A DNA stretch of 64,000 nt from Eledone cirrhosa (Eukaryota), in NCBI GenBank assembly GCA_964016885.1, contig OZ024761.1:7874001-7938000 (forward strand), written 5' to 3'. Below, piece by piece: positions 38,816 through 55,520 of this stretch. The notes beneath the pieces were generated by a model. The model ran no database searches. It saw only the letters and a program-made list of their open reading frames with translations, and had not been told where the DNA came from. Numbering within the stretch: the stretch's first letter is position 1; each line of letters begins with the position of its first letter. A program made the translations under genes and the position numbers.

Positions 38816-41800
38816 CATCATCATCATCATCATCATCATCATTTTACGTCCGCTTTTCCCTGCTTGCAAGGGTGGGACGGGTCTTATTCAGCACAGCATC
38901 TCTCCACTCGTCACGGTCCCTCGTCATCTCCACCATGAGCTTCAATGATCTGAGGTCTGTTCTCACCACCTCCGCCCATGTTTTTCGTGGTCTACCTCTA
39001 CCACATCTTCCTTCAACTAGCATTTCCTGGCACTTCTTCACCCATCGGTCATCCTCCATGCGCATCACATGTCCATACCACCTCAGTCTCCTCTCCCGTA
39101 CACTACATTCTATCCCTCTCAGACACAGTTTCTCTCTCAACACATTTATGCTGGGTCGTTCACGCACATTTACACTGCACATCCAACGGAGCATGCTTGC
39201 CTCATTTCTCTCCAGCCGTCGCATATCTTCTGCGGTAGCTGCCCATGTCTCACTACCATGCAGCATCGCGCTCCTCACACAGGCATCATACAACCGGCCT
39301 TTCGTACGCAGGGAGAAACCCTTCTTCGTCAACAGAGGAAGCAGCTCCCTAAACTTCTTCCAACCCGTCCTTATTCTAGATACTATGGCCTCGGAACACC
39401 CTCCTCCCATGCTAATCTGATCTCCTAGGTACCGGAAGCTATCCACCACTTCTATAGCGCCCTCTCGCATTTGAAAAATGTGTCTATCAGTGCGACTTCT
39501 ACTGTCTAATTTCCCTGTACATCTACTGCATACATATTTCTCCCTACCTGTTAGTTTGCCTGCTATCCCGCTACATCTCTTGTGTACCCAGGACCTACAT
39601 TGTGTGCATTTTATAGAATTTATGCCAGTTCCTTTTCTGCATATCGAACATGGCCATTTCCCTGACGGAATCAGGGTTTTGTCCCCTTTTCTACTCATCA
39701 ACACTTTTGTCTTAGCTAGATTTACTCTCAGTCCTCTTGCTTCCAACTGCTGTTTCCATAGCCGGAATTTATTCTCTAGCTCCTCTACTGATTCTGCCAT
39801 AAGAGCCAGATCGTCAGCATAGAGAAGTTCCCATGGACAGCCAGTCTTAAACTCCCCTGTTATGGCTTGGAGGACTATAATGAACAAGAGCGGGCTGAGG
39901 ACCGAACCCTGATGTACTCCTACTTGTATCTGGAATTCCTCACTAAACTCCATTCCTACCCTGACTTTACTGAGAGTACCTCTGTACAAAGTTTGCACTG
40001 TCCTTACAAGCCATTCCTCAACACCCAGCTTCCTTAGGGACCACCAGATGACAGATCGGGGTACCCTATCAAAGGCCTTCTCTAGGTCAACAAAGGCTAA
40101 GTATAGTGGCTTATTCTTCTCTAAGAACCTCTCTTGCATTTGTCTCACCAAGAAGAGGGCATCTGTTGTACTCTTCCCAGGCACAAAACCAAATTGCATC
40201 TCATCTAGTTTGACCCTTTCTCTAATTAGTTGTGCTAAAATCCTTTCTGCCACTTTCATAACCTGATCTATCAGTTTTATACCCCTATAATTGCTCCTCT
40301 CCAAAGCATCCCCTTTACCTTTGTAGCAATTTATGAGAATACTGCTGCACCAGTCTTTGGGTATGACACCACCATATATAGCCTGATTGATTATGCGTGC
40401 AACCAGTTTAGTGCCTACGTCCCCTGATGCCTTCAGCATCTCAGCAACTATTCCCGATGGTCCGGCCGCCTTACCATTTTTCATTTCCCTAATCGCCTCT
40501 TGGACCCTATATTCGTCAATCTCAATAGCTGGTCCCTCTGTCGGATCTACCAAGGGTAATTTCTCTCTCTCCCATTCGTTCTCCACATTCATCAGTCTCT
40601 CATAATGACATTTCCAGGCCTCCTTTTTCTGGTCATTCGTGACACTAAGTACACCGGCATCATCCCGGACACATTTATCACCAACAACATCCTGATTTGC
40701 ATTGACACACTGCCTTGCAATGTGGAACACCGCACGCCTCTGATCTTCCCGTCGCAGAACATTGGCAAACCTCCTACTCTCTGCCTCCCTGCGTGCTAAG
40801 TACACCTGACGTCTAGCTTCTCTCTTAGTGGCTGTATATTCTTCCCTACTCCCACCCTTATTCCAAGCCTTCCATGCTAGTCTTTTGTCTCTAATAGCCT
40901 TATCTACACTGCTGTTCCACCACCAGGCCACTCTCTGTCTGGTTGGAGCTCTGCTCCAGCCACAGGTTTCATCAGTAGCCTTCAGCAAGTTGTCACGTAA
41001 GAACTTCCAGTTATTATCTATGTCATACGTCTCTAAATCGTCTTCTTTTTCGTCATATACATCTTGAAGGGCTTTCCTAAATTTGAATTTTAGTGAAAGG
41101 TCTTTTAGCTTCTAGACCTTTCTTCTCCACACCTTCCTATATGTCTCATTCCATCTCTTGCTTACTGAGATATCACTAACAACTAACCTATGCTGTGGGG
41201 TACATTCTTCCCCAGGGTATGCCTTGGTATTAGACACTATCTGCCTGTCCCGCTGCCTAACTAGCAGGAAGTCAATCTGGCTTATGTGCTCACCAGATTT
41301 GTAGGTTATTAGGTGATTGGCAGGTTTCTGGAAGTTTGTGTTGCAAATAGTCAATGTACTTGCATCACAAAATTCAAGAAGTCTCACTCCTTCTTCATTT
41401 CTTGAACCGTAACCGTGCCCACCATGTACCCCAGTGTATCCATCCTGGAGCTGTCCAACATGACCATTGAAGTCTCCTGCTAGCATAACGATGTCTCCGT
41501 CCTCTGTCATTGTGGTTGTTTGCAAAAGTTGCTCATAAAAGCAGTCTTTCTCATCTTTGCCTAGGCCTGCTTGGGGAGCATAGACCGAGATGATTGTCAG
41601 CAGTCTCCTGCCTACAACTAATCTAAGCTTAATTATTCGATTACTAACTCGAACTACCTCTATTGTCTTATTGATCCATTTCTCAGCCAGGAAAATGCCT
41701 ACTCCCCCTAACCCATCATCCTTACCTACCCAGAATAGCTTATAGCTAAGACGCTTGCCTACGACTAGTCTCGCAGAGGCACCTCTCCATCTCACCTCTT

Positions 41801-41916
41801 GCACGCAGCACACATCCACCTGCCTTCTCTCCAGCATCTCCGCTATTTCAGCAGATCTACCTCTGAGAGTGCCAACATTAAGTGTTGCAACTCTGAGATG
41901 CGACGTCTTCATATTT
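38815..41916 (-). mobile_element. Near-complete RTE LINE ORF (family A): APE endonuclease, RT and Cys/His finger, with one in-frame TAG
   Basis: EN ([35 protein letters not shown]) is in frame with RT (QFGF, FVDLEKAFD, GVHQGSVLSP, LYADD, FRYLG). The only lesion seen is TAG at 41112-41114 (KV*KLKD, expected W). (TGA)n tail; both flanks are (TA)n. Confidence 0.97.
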
Positions 41917-41921
41917 TTCTC

Positions 41922-42945
<1,024 letters not shown>

Positions 42946-43282
42946 TATCATCATTTCATTTTATGTCCGCTTTTTCCTGCTTGCAAGGGTGGGACGGGAA
43001 CTTATTCTGGCTTGATTTCCATAGCTGGATGCCCTTCCTAACACCAACCTCATTTACAGTGAGTGCTGGGTGCTTCTTTGCCGTGGCACCTACACGACCA
43101 CTTTGCAGTGGAATGATAGGGACCCCCAGTCCCTATCATCTCATTTCTACAGGTGAGTAAACTGGAGCAATGTGAAATAAAGTGTCTTGCTCAAGGAAAC
43201 AACACACCATCCGGTCTGAGAATTGAACTCACAACCTTTCGATTGCAAGGCCAATGCTCTCACCACTAAGCCATGTGCCTCC
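42946..43282 (-). mobile_element. SINE family A full-length copy
   Basis: Collinear with 2748-3093. Confidence 0.9.
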
Positions 43283-43304
43283 ATTATATATATGTGTGTA
43301 TATA

Positions 43305-43379
<75 letters not shown>

Positions 43380-43680
43380 TATTAATAATGAGTTCAAAAC
43401 TCAGGCAGTCCTTTACAATGAAATAGCTCAACTTATTTGGATTTTAGGGTTTAAACCTGTCTACGGAAAAGGTTTGATTTTGAAATTTAAATTTGTCCAA
43501 GCACCACGGCCATTTGCCAATATTGCTTTGTTTTTATTCTCAATGTAATATTATGGAGAGTACTCAACGTAATCCAGCTCACCCGTCTTCGTTTGTGTAG
43601 TTGGTGGTGCGAGTACGGAGTTAATTATTATAATAAAATAACAGGAGGCTGGACTGGTGTAAATCCTTGAAAGGTTTATT

Positions 43681-43738
43681 ATACTATGATCATTTCAATG
43701 GCCGGGTTCCGTATGGATCCAGTGATATCATCAGGTAT
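43681..43738 (-). ncRNA. Minimal type-I hammerhead ribozyme motif (Penelope-like element pLTR)
   Basis: ATAC-CTGATGA-[31 nt]-GAAA-TGATCA-TA-GTAT-AATAAA. Palindromic helix III (ATGATCAT), 4-bp stem I, weak stem II base. Adjacent to a GIY-YIG relic. Confidence 0.7.
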
Positions 43739-43911
43739 TTGAAATATAACAAAGGAATATAACAGATAAAATTCTTGGGGTTGAAAATCATAGACAAGAG
43801 GACGACCGACCATCTAGCATCTTCTACTTTAGTCAGTCGCCCTCAAGTGTAGACTATTCTGTCTACTTTCGCCCCTCACCAGATAGTCATAAGTAGACCG
43901 AATAGCCTACA

Positions 43912-44230
43912 CTTATGTGGCAACGATATGTTGGCATGACTCAGGACAGATTTAAAACCAGGTATTATGCACATGTCGCTTCTTTCAAACACCCTGAAAA
44001 AAGAACAGCAACGGCGCTGGCAAATAAAGTGTGGGAGTTTAAAGACAGAAACATTCCATACTCTATTGATTAGTCTATTTTAGACCACTCAATAGAATAC
44101 CAAAGGGGCACAAAAAAATGTTCTTTGTGTACTATGGAAACATTTAGAATTCTCCAAAACCGGGACCCCCCCCCCCCCACTTACCTCAACTCTAAGACCG
44201 AGATCTTTAGATGTTTTGTCCGCACCTGAA
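43912..44230 (+). pseudogene. Penelope-like element GIY-YIG endonuclease relic
   Basis: Manual translation YVGMTQDRFKTRYYAHVASFKHPEKRTATALANKVWEFKDRNIPYSID*SILDHSIEYQRGTKKCSLCTMETFRILQN...LNSKTEIF. The YxG-T/R/H, CxLC and LNxxxE motifs match PLE endonucleases. Confidence 0.85.
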
Positions 44231-44616
44231 ATCGCATCCACTTTTTAGCTGGATTAACACACCAACGATTACTCAACCACCCTGAGCTTCCTCTTTACAT
44301 ATTATGCCTTCCACTCACTACCGATATCATCACCTCATGAATACTACTTCCTACCCAGTTTATCATATAAACACATACTTTCTACCAATATATACATTTT
44401 TTTCTCCCTCATGTTTATCTATTTTTTTCATTTCAGTTACCCCGCCCCCCATTTTCTACCATACCTTTAACACATACACACCCACCACCTTCATCCTGTA
44501 CTCTACCTTTACCCAGATCACTTTTTAACTAAATACCCTTATCCAGATCTCTTCACAAACACAATTTATACACACCTTTTCTCCCTCACCTGTTCATCTT
44601 AATTCATTATATTATT

Positions 44617-45012
44617 TGGTGGATTGGCAGTATCGGTAGAGGGTCGGACGCCATGCTTTCCAGCGTAGAGTTACGTCCCTTTACGATCTGAGTTCAAATC
44701 CCGCCGAGGTTGACTTTGCCTTTCATCCTTACGGGGTCGATAAAATAAAGTACCAGTAATACACTGGGTAGTTGCTGGCCTTGTGCCTAAAGTAGAAACA
44801 ATTATTTGATTTCAGTTAGGGGCGGTAGATTGGCAGTATCGGTAGAGGGTCGGACACAATGCTTTGACGCATAGAGTTACGTCCCTTTATGATCTGAGTT
44901 CAAATCCCGCCGAGGTTAACTTTGCCTTTCATCCTTACGGGGTCGATAAAATAAAGTACCAGTAATACACTGGGTAGTTGCTGGCCTTGTGCCTAAAATA
45001 GAAACAATTATT
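44617..45012 (+). mobile_element. Two tandem SINE family B copies
   Basis: 44617-44805 and 44820-45012; both are followed by TTATTTGATTTCAGTTA. Confidence 0.9.
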
Positions 45013-45469
45013 TGATTTCAGTTATACTCCCCCATGTCCTTGCTTACCCACAATGTTTTTAAGTGTACTCACATGGTTGTATGTACACATATGCAGACAG
45101 GCTTATGTGTACATACACATATATGTGTATTTATACATATATACATGTATGTATGTGTGTGTGTGTATGTGTGTATATGTGTATATATCTTATGTATGTA
45201 TATATATATATGTATGTATATCTAAATATATTTAATATTATAATATTATTTGTTTATCTATAATTATAATTTTTTAGCGCATGGATCTGTGAGTATATCT
45301 TTTCATTTTTTGGTACTCCCGTTTGTGTATAATTATGCTTACTCTTTATATGTGTGTATATATAGTTTGTCTGCCTATATGTATATACACACACACACAC
45401 TCGCACGTGTATGTATGCATGCATATGTTTGTGTGTGTATATATGTATATATATGTGTGTATATATATA

Positions 45470-46338
45470 CAGGGTGAAGACGATATTTGTTCGCAATTTT
45501 CAACTGTTAATTTTATGCAAATTTTTTTACTTCCGTTGTCACTCTTGTCTTCATAAAAACAGTGACTATATTTCCATTATTTATTTTCAGAATAAATGAT
45601 TATGAATAATTTTGAACCTCCATATTTGTGGAAGAGACATGGAGTTCTTCTTGGAATCCACGCCGGGAGGACAAATAAGGAAATTTCAGACTTTCTCAGC
45701 ATCAGCAGGAGAATGAGTCTCATCCAAAGACATGCTCAGAGTCATGCAGACAAAGTTTCCAGCGACAACATTGGTCTTAGGTGTCGTCAGCAGTCAAGGT
45801 GACGTCATGCCACCTCACTTCTTCCCTGAGGGCCTCAAGCTGAACACCGATGGCTACATCCGCGTTCTGAGCGAGGTAGTAAAGCCCTGGATCGACCAGG
45901 TAGCTGCAGGTAGGCCGTACGTGTGGAAGCAAGACTCAGCACCCTGCCACACGTACGGCCTACCTGCAGCTACCACACTTCACCTGACATCTGGCCTCCC
46001 AGCTCGCCTGACTGCAACCCTCCTCGACTTCTTTGTGTGGGACGCAGTGGAACGAGACACCAACAGATCTAGTTGCAATACGAAAGACGATCTGAAGGCC
46101 AGGATCACAAGTGCCCTTAGGGGCCTAAGTCGGGGGACAGTGATGAAGGCCTGTAGACGGTTCCGAGGTCACCTTGAGGCCGTCATCAAAGCCAATGGCA
46201 GGTTTATTGAGTGAGATCGAAAGAACAAGTCATGAAGACAAACTGACCCAAGTTTGATAAATATATCTTAAAAAATAAAACTACTATGTTATTTTTTCCT
46301 AGACAGTAATCTTGAGAACAAATATCGTCTGCACCCTG
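45470..46338 (+). mobile_element. Internally deleted Tc1/mariner-superfamily transposon (maT/DD37D-like)
   Basis: TIRs CAGGGTG(A/C)AGACGATATTTGTTC(G/T)CAA with TA on both sides. Transposase relic VMPPHFF...VKPW...QDSAPCH and frameshifted WPPSSPDCNP/LDFFVW, with Asp as the third catalytic residue. Confidence 0.88.
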
Positions 46339-46339
46339 T

Positions 46340-50080
<3,741 letters not shown>

Positions 50081-50326
50081 CTCAGGCATGTAATTCTTAC
50101 AATAACATTTGATGCAGTTGTTGTTCTCTTGTCCATGCGGTTTGTTAATACAAGTGGAAATGTTACATGTTGTAGTCGCGGAAACATGCATGGATTACTC
50201 CTACTTTTATTTGAGTTTTTTTTTTCTGCCCCCTAGTTTTTTGTTGTTGTTGCTGTTGTTGTTGTTTCTATCCTTTAAATATTTAACCAAAGTTCTGGTT
50301 ACTAAGCAACAGGGCAACAAGATATT

Positions 50327-50639
50327 ATGAAGTGGAATCTCCTATTGATTCTCTTCTTCACCAGAATTTGTTCCAGTGTTACAGCTTCGAGTGTTACTAA
50401 CTCTAACAAGACCGTCAGTGCTTGCGTGCAGAGCTTGAAGGATAAGGTGGTATCCTCAGCAGACATTAGGGAAAGTCCTCGGCCTCAGACAGGATCTTTG
50501 CTGCGTCGGATAATGAATTCCACTAGGATCAACAAGAATTTGTCATCAGAACTATATGGGCCACTTTACAGACAGCTGTTTCAGTCACAAGTGCTGTCAC
50601 AACCAATACAACCACATGACCATGGTTCGGAAACACAAT
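50327..50639 (+). CDS. Probable first coding exon of a secreted protein of unknown family
   Basis: MKWNLLLILFFTRICSSVTA is signal-peptide-like. 104 codons of non-repetitive sequence with several N-x-S/T sequons end at a consensus donor T|GTGAGT (phase 1). Downstream exons were not identified. Confidence 0.6.
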
Positions 50640-50889
50640 GTGAGTGAGATTTTTATGGCTTTCTTTGATAAACATATTTTTAAAAATGTATGAAATACAA
50701 CAAAAAAAAAATTTATTTTAAGAAAAAAAAAAAACTTGTGTAACAACCTACACATTTAAATATAACACAATTCCAAAGATTTCTCTTTTATTTTCTCTTT
50801 TTCTTTCATTCTTGCTTTTTTTTTATCTTCACTTCCCTCCATCTCTTTTTCTCTAAGTCTTTTATTTATTTTTTTTTCGTTTTTTGTAA

Positions 50890-52170
50890 CTCATCACCAT
50901 CATCATCACCATCATCATCGCTACCATCATCGTCACCACCGCGATTACCGCCTTTATCGTCATCACCAACATCACCGTCGTCATCACCACCATCATCACC
51001 ATCACCACCACCATTACCACCACCACCACCACCACAATCATCATCACCATCACCATCATCATCATCATCATCATCATCATAACCGCTGTCACCATCACCA
51101 CCACCACCACCAGCACCATAACCACTGTCACCATCACCATCACCATCACCATCAACACTATCATCACCATCACCACCAGCACCATAACCACTGTCACCAT
51201 CACCATCACCACCATCACCACCACCACTACCATCATCATCACCACCATCACCACCACCACCACCATCACCATCATAACCACTATCAACACCATCACCACC
51301 ACCATCACCACCATTACCATCACCACCACCACCACCATCATAACCACTATCAACACCATCACCATCACCACCATCGTAACCACTATCACCATCACCACCA
51401 CCACCACTACCATGACCATCACCACTGTCAACACCACCACCATCACCATCACCACCACCACCATGACCATCACCGCTGTCAGCACCACCACCACCACCAT
51501 CACCACCAACATCATAACCACTACCATCACCACAACCACTGTCACCACCACCACCACCACCACCACCACTGTGCACTGGTACATGCATGTACAACAAAAG
51601 TGAATTACATTCCTTATAGAGATTAATGAAAAGAATCAATATCAGACACAACAACAACAACAACAGCAGCAGCAGCAGCAGTAGTAGACACAACAACAAC
51701 ACTAGCAACAACAACACTAGCAACAACAACAACAACACCAGCAACAACAACACCACCAGCAACAACAACAACAGCAGCAGCAGCAGCAGTAGACACAACA
51801 ACAACAACAACACTAGCAACAACAACAACACTAGCAACAACAACAACACCAGCAACAACAACACCACCAGCAACAACAACAACAACAACAGCAGCAGCAG
51901 TAGACACAACAGCAACAACAATAACAGCAACAGCAACAATAACAGCAACAACAACAACAACAATATCACCAACAGCAACAACAACAACAACAACAACAAC
52001 AACAGCAACAATAACAGCAACAACAACAACAACAACAATATCACCAACAACAACAACAACAGCAATAACAACAACATAAATAACAACAACAGCAATGGCA
52101 ACAACATAAATAACAACAATAGCAGCAACAACAACAACAGCAATAACAACACCACCATCATCATCATGAA
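50890..52170. repeat. Compound triplet microsatellites (CAC/CAT)n 50890-51570 and (CAA/CAG)n 51645-52170
   Basis: Directly visible. Confidence 0.92.
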
Positions 52171-52319
52171 GTAATCAATATATTTTCATTGAACTACTGT
52201 TGCTGATCACTGTGACCAGATGGTAGCTAACGGTTATTACAAGAGTCATTAAATAGATCTGATCTCTGCACAATAGTTGGTAACGACTGGCAGACATTGC
52301 TTAACTACATGACTGGAGG

Positions 52320-53690
52320 CACGTAGGGACATATAGAGGCATGTAGGGGGTATATAGAGGTACATAGAGGTACATGGGGGTACATAGAGGTACATGGGGG
52401 TACATAGAGGCACAGGGAGGTACATAGAAATACATGGGGGTACATAGAGGCACAGGGAGGTATATAGAGGTACATGGGGGTACATAGAGGCACAGGGAGG
52501 TACATAGAGGTACAGGGGGTATATAGAGGTAGAGGGGGGGTACATAGAGGTACAGGGAGTATATAGAGGCACAGGGAGGTATATAGAGGTACATGGGGGT
52601 ACATAGAGACACGGGGAGGTACAGCGAGTATATAGAGGCACAGGGAGGTATATAGAGGTACATGGGGGTACATAGAGACACAGGGAGGTACATGGGGGTA
52701 CATAGAGGCACAGGTGGGTATGTAGAGGTACAGGGGGGTACATAGAGGCACAGGGAGGTACAGGGAGTATATAAAGGCACAGGGAGGTACATGGGGGTAC
52801 ATAGAGACACAGGGAGGTACAGGGAGGCACAGGTGGGTATATAGAGGTACATGGGGGTACATAGATGCACAGGGAGGTACAGCGAGTATATAGAGGCACA
52901 GGGAGGTAGGTAGAGGTACATGGGGGTACATAGAGACACAGGAAGGTACATAGAGGTACATGGGGGTACATAGAGGCACAGGGAGGTACATAGAGGTACA
53001 GGGAGGTATATAGAGGCACAGTGAGGTATATAGAGGTACATGGGGGTACATAGAGGCACAGGGAGGTACATAGAGGTACATGGGAGTATATAGAGACACA
53101 GGAAGGTACATAGAGGCACAGGGAGGTATATAGAGACACAGTGAGGTATATAGAGGTACATGGGGGTACATAGAGGCACAGGGAGGTAGGTAGAGGTACA
53201 TGGGGGTACATAGAGACACAGGAAGGTACATGGGGGTACATAGAGGCACAGGGAGGTATATAGAGGCACAGTGAGGTATATAGAGGTACATGGGGGATAC
53301 ATAGAGGCACAGGGAGGTATATAGAGGTACATGGGGGTACATAGAGGCACAGGGAGGTATATAGAGGTACATGGGGGGTACATAGAGGCACATGGAGGTA
53401 TATAGAGGTACATAGAGGTACATGGGGGTATATAGAGACACAGGAAGGTACATAGAGGCACAGGGAGGTATATAGAGGTACATGGGGGTACATAGAGGCA
53501 CAGGGAGGTATATAGAGGTACATGGGGGGTACATAGAGGTACAGGGAGGTATATAGAGGCACAGGGAGGTACATGGGGGTACATAGAGGCACAGGGAGGT
53601 ATATAGAGGCACAGAGAGGCATATAGAGACACAGGGAGGTACAGAAAGGTATATAGAGGTACATAAAGACACAGAGATATGCACAAGGGA
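52320..53690. repeat. Purine-rich minisatellite built from shuffled 10-bp modules (TACATAGAGG, CACAGGGAGG, TATATAGAGG, TACATGGGGG)
   Basis: Directly visible 10-bp periodicity. Confidence 0.93.
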
Positions 53691-54096
53691 AGGCAGGTCT
53701 TCTGTCTTACTGCATAACGCCAAAGATCTCGATCCTGTATCATTGACTTTAAGAGGTGTAATTGTGCAATATATAGATATATTTCTTTATTAGCCACAAG
53801 GGGGCACAAGAAAAGGGGACAATACAAAGACATGCCGGAGATTTTACATACAGTCGTGTAAAAAATATAAAAACAAACAATTACAACAATCGAAATCCCC
53901 AATAGGGGGGAGGCGCCACAAATGGGTTGTTTATAGATAGGTAAATTGTCAGGGTTGTAGAAAAAAATGAAATACTGTACACCATTTATAATTTATTGGT
54001 AATTCTGACATGTTTAATGCATTACGTAATCACTTTTAATCAATAATGGCCTAGGGAATCTGAATTATTAGATAATTGTTTACTTGATAAGTTCAG

Positions 54097-55044
54097 ATCA
54101 GGCTTCTGTAACCCAGTACAACCTACTTCATGGTCAAGTGGTTGGTGATTAAACCTGCTCCCACACCAGACTCAGGTCAGATCAGGCTTCTGTAACCCAG
54201 TACAACCTACTTCATGGTCAAGTGGTTGGTGATTAAACCTGCTCCCACACCAGACCCAGGTCAGGTCAGGCTTCTGTAACCCAGTACAACCTACTTCATG
54301 GTCAAGTGGTTGGTGATTAAACCTGCTCCCACACCAGACCCAGGTCAGGTCAGGCTTCTGTAACCCAGTACAACCTACTTCATGGTCAAGTGGTTGGTGA
54401 TTAAACCTGCTCCCACACCAGACCCAGGTCAGGTCAGGCTTCTGTAACCCAGTACAACCTACTTCATGGTCAAGTGGTTGGTGATTAAACCTGCTCCCAC
54501 ACCAGACCCAGGTCAGGTCAGGCTTCTGTAACCCAGTACAACCTACTTCATGGTCAAGTGGTTGGTGATTAAACCTGCTCCCACACCAGACCCAGGTCAG
54601 GTCAGGCTTCTGTAACCCAGTACAACCTACTTCATGGTCAAGTGGTTGGTGATTAAACCTGCTCCCACACCAGACCCAGGTCAGGTCAGGCTTCTGTAAC
54701 CCAGTACAACCTACTTCATGGTCAAGTGGTTGGTGATTAAACCTGCTCCCACACCAGACCCAGGTCAGGTCAGGCTTCTGTAACCCAGTACAACCTACTT
54801 CATGGTCAAGTGGTTGGTGATTAAACCTGCTCCCACACCAGACCCAGGTCAGGTCAGGCTTCTGTAACCCAGTACAACCTACTTCATGGTCAAGTGGTTG
54901 GTGATTAAACCTGCTCCCACACCAGACCCAGGTCAGGTCAGGCTTCTGTAACCCAGTACAACCTACTTCATGGTCAAGTGGTTGGTGATTAAACCTGCTC
55001 CCACACCTGACCCAGGTCAGGTCAGGCTTCTGTAACCCAGTACA
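54097..55044. repeat. 84-bp tandem repeat, ~11 nearly identical copies
   Basis: Unit GTCAGGCTTCTGTAACCCAGTACAACCTACTTCATGGTCAAGTGGTTGGTGATTAAACCTGCTCCCACACCAGACCCAGGTCAG; 420 bp equals 5 units. Confidence 0.97.
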
Positions 55045-55214
55045 CTAAAAACAAAAAACAAAGCTGTTAAAAGGGCAGAAGAACTTCTCAGAGTCAACGG
55101 CCATCCACCACAACCATGAGTCAACTAGCTTCAACAACCCCATGGTTGTGTAGGAGTCATGACAAAAAGCACCCAGCATACACTGAAAATGTGGTTGGTA
55201 TTAGGAAGGGCACA

Positions 55215-55520
55215 GACATTTCTTCTTTCACTTATTCCCGAGAGGGTCGTGGGAGGTAGAGTCCTCAAACACTCCTTCCATGAGGTCCTGTCAGAAGCAA
55301 CCTTTTCCAACTGACCTGACCGGATTCCCCAAGTGATACCATCCAAGCTCATAAATGTTATCCAACCATCTTGCTCAGGGTTTACCGCTGGGTCTCCTGG
55401 CAGTAGGTTTTGCCTGTAAAATCTGTCCAACGATTCATTCTTGAAACATTCTAACCACATGCCCGTAGTATCAGAGCTGTTATCTCTCATTTCGGAGAAG
55501 TAGTGGCTCTACCTGGAGTG
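55215..55520 (-). mobile_element. RTE-like LINE 3' fragment (family C)
   Basis: Homologous to 5897-6180 (VASDRTSWKECLRTLP). Confidence 0.8.

Noticed and set aside
50862-52174. Gly/Asp-rich, poly-Val, poly-Leu and poly-Asn ORFs as structural proteins
   Set aside because: Triplet microsatellites are open in several frames on both strands, with no supporting splice or signal context.
52249-53902. Three overlapping 470-530-aa Cys/Pro/Tyr ORFs
   Set aside because: All three minus frames are open because the decamer modules lack stops; this is a repeat artefact.
54097-55044. C2H2 zinc-finger array suggested by the 84-bp period
   Set aside because: No C-x2-C-x12-H-x3-H pattern or TGEKP linker in any frame.
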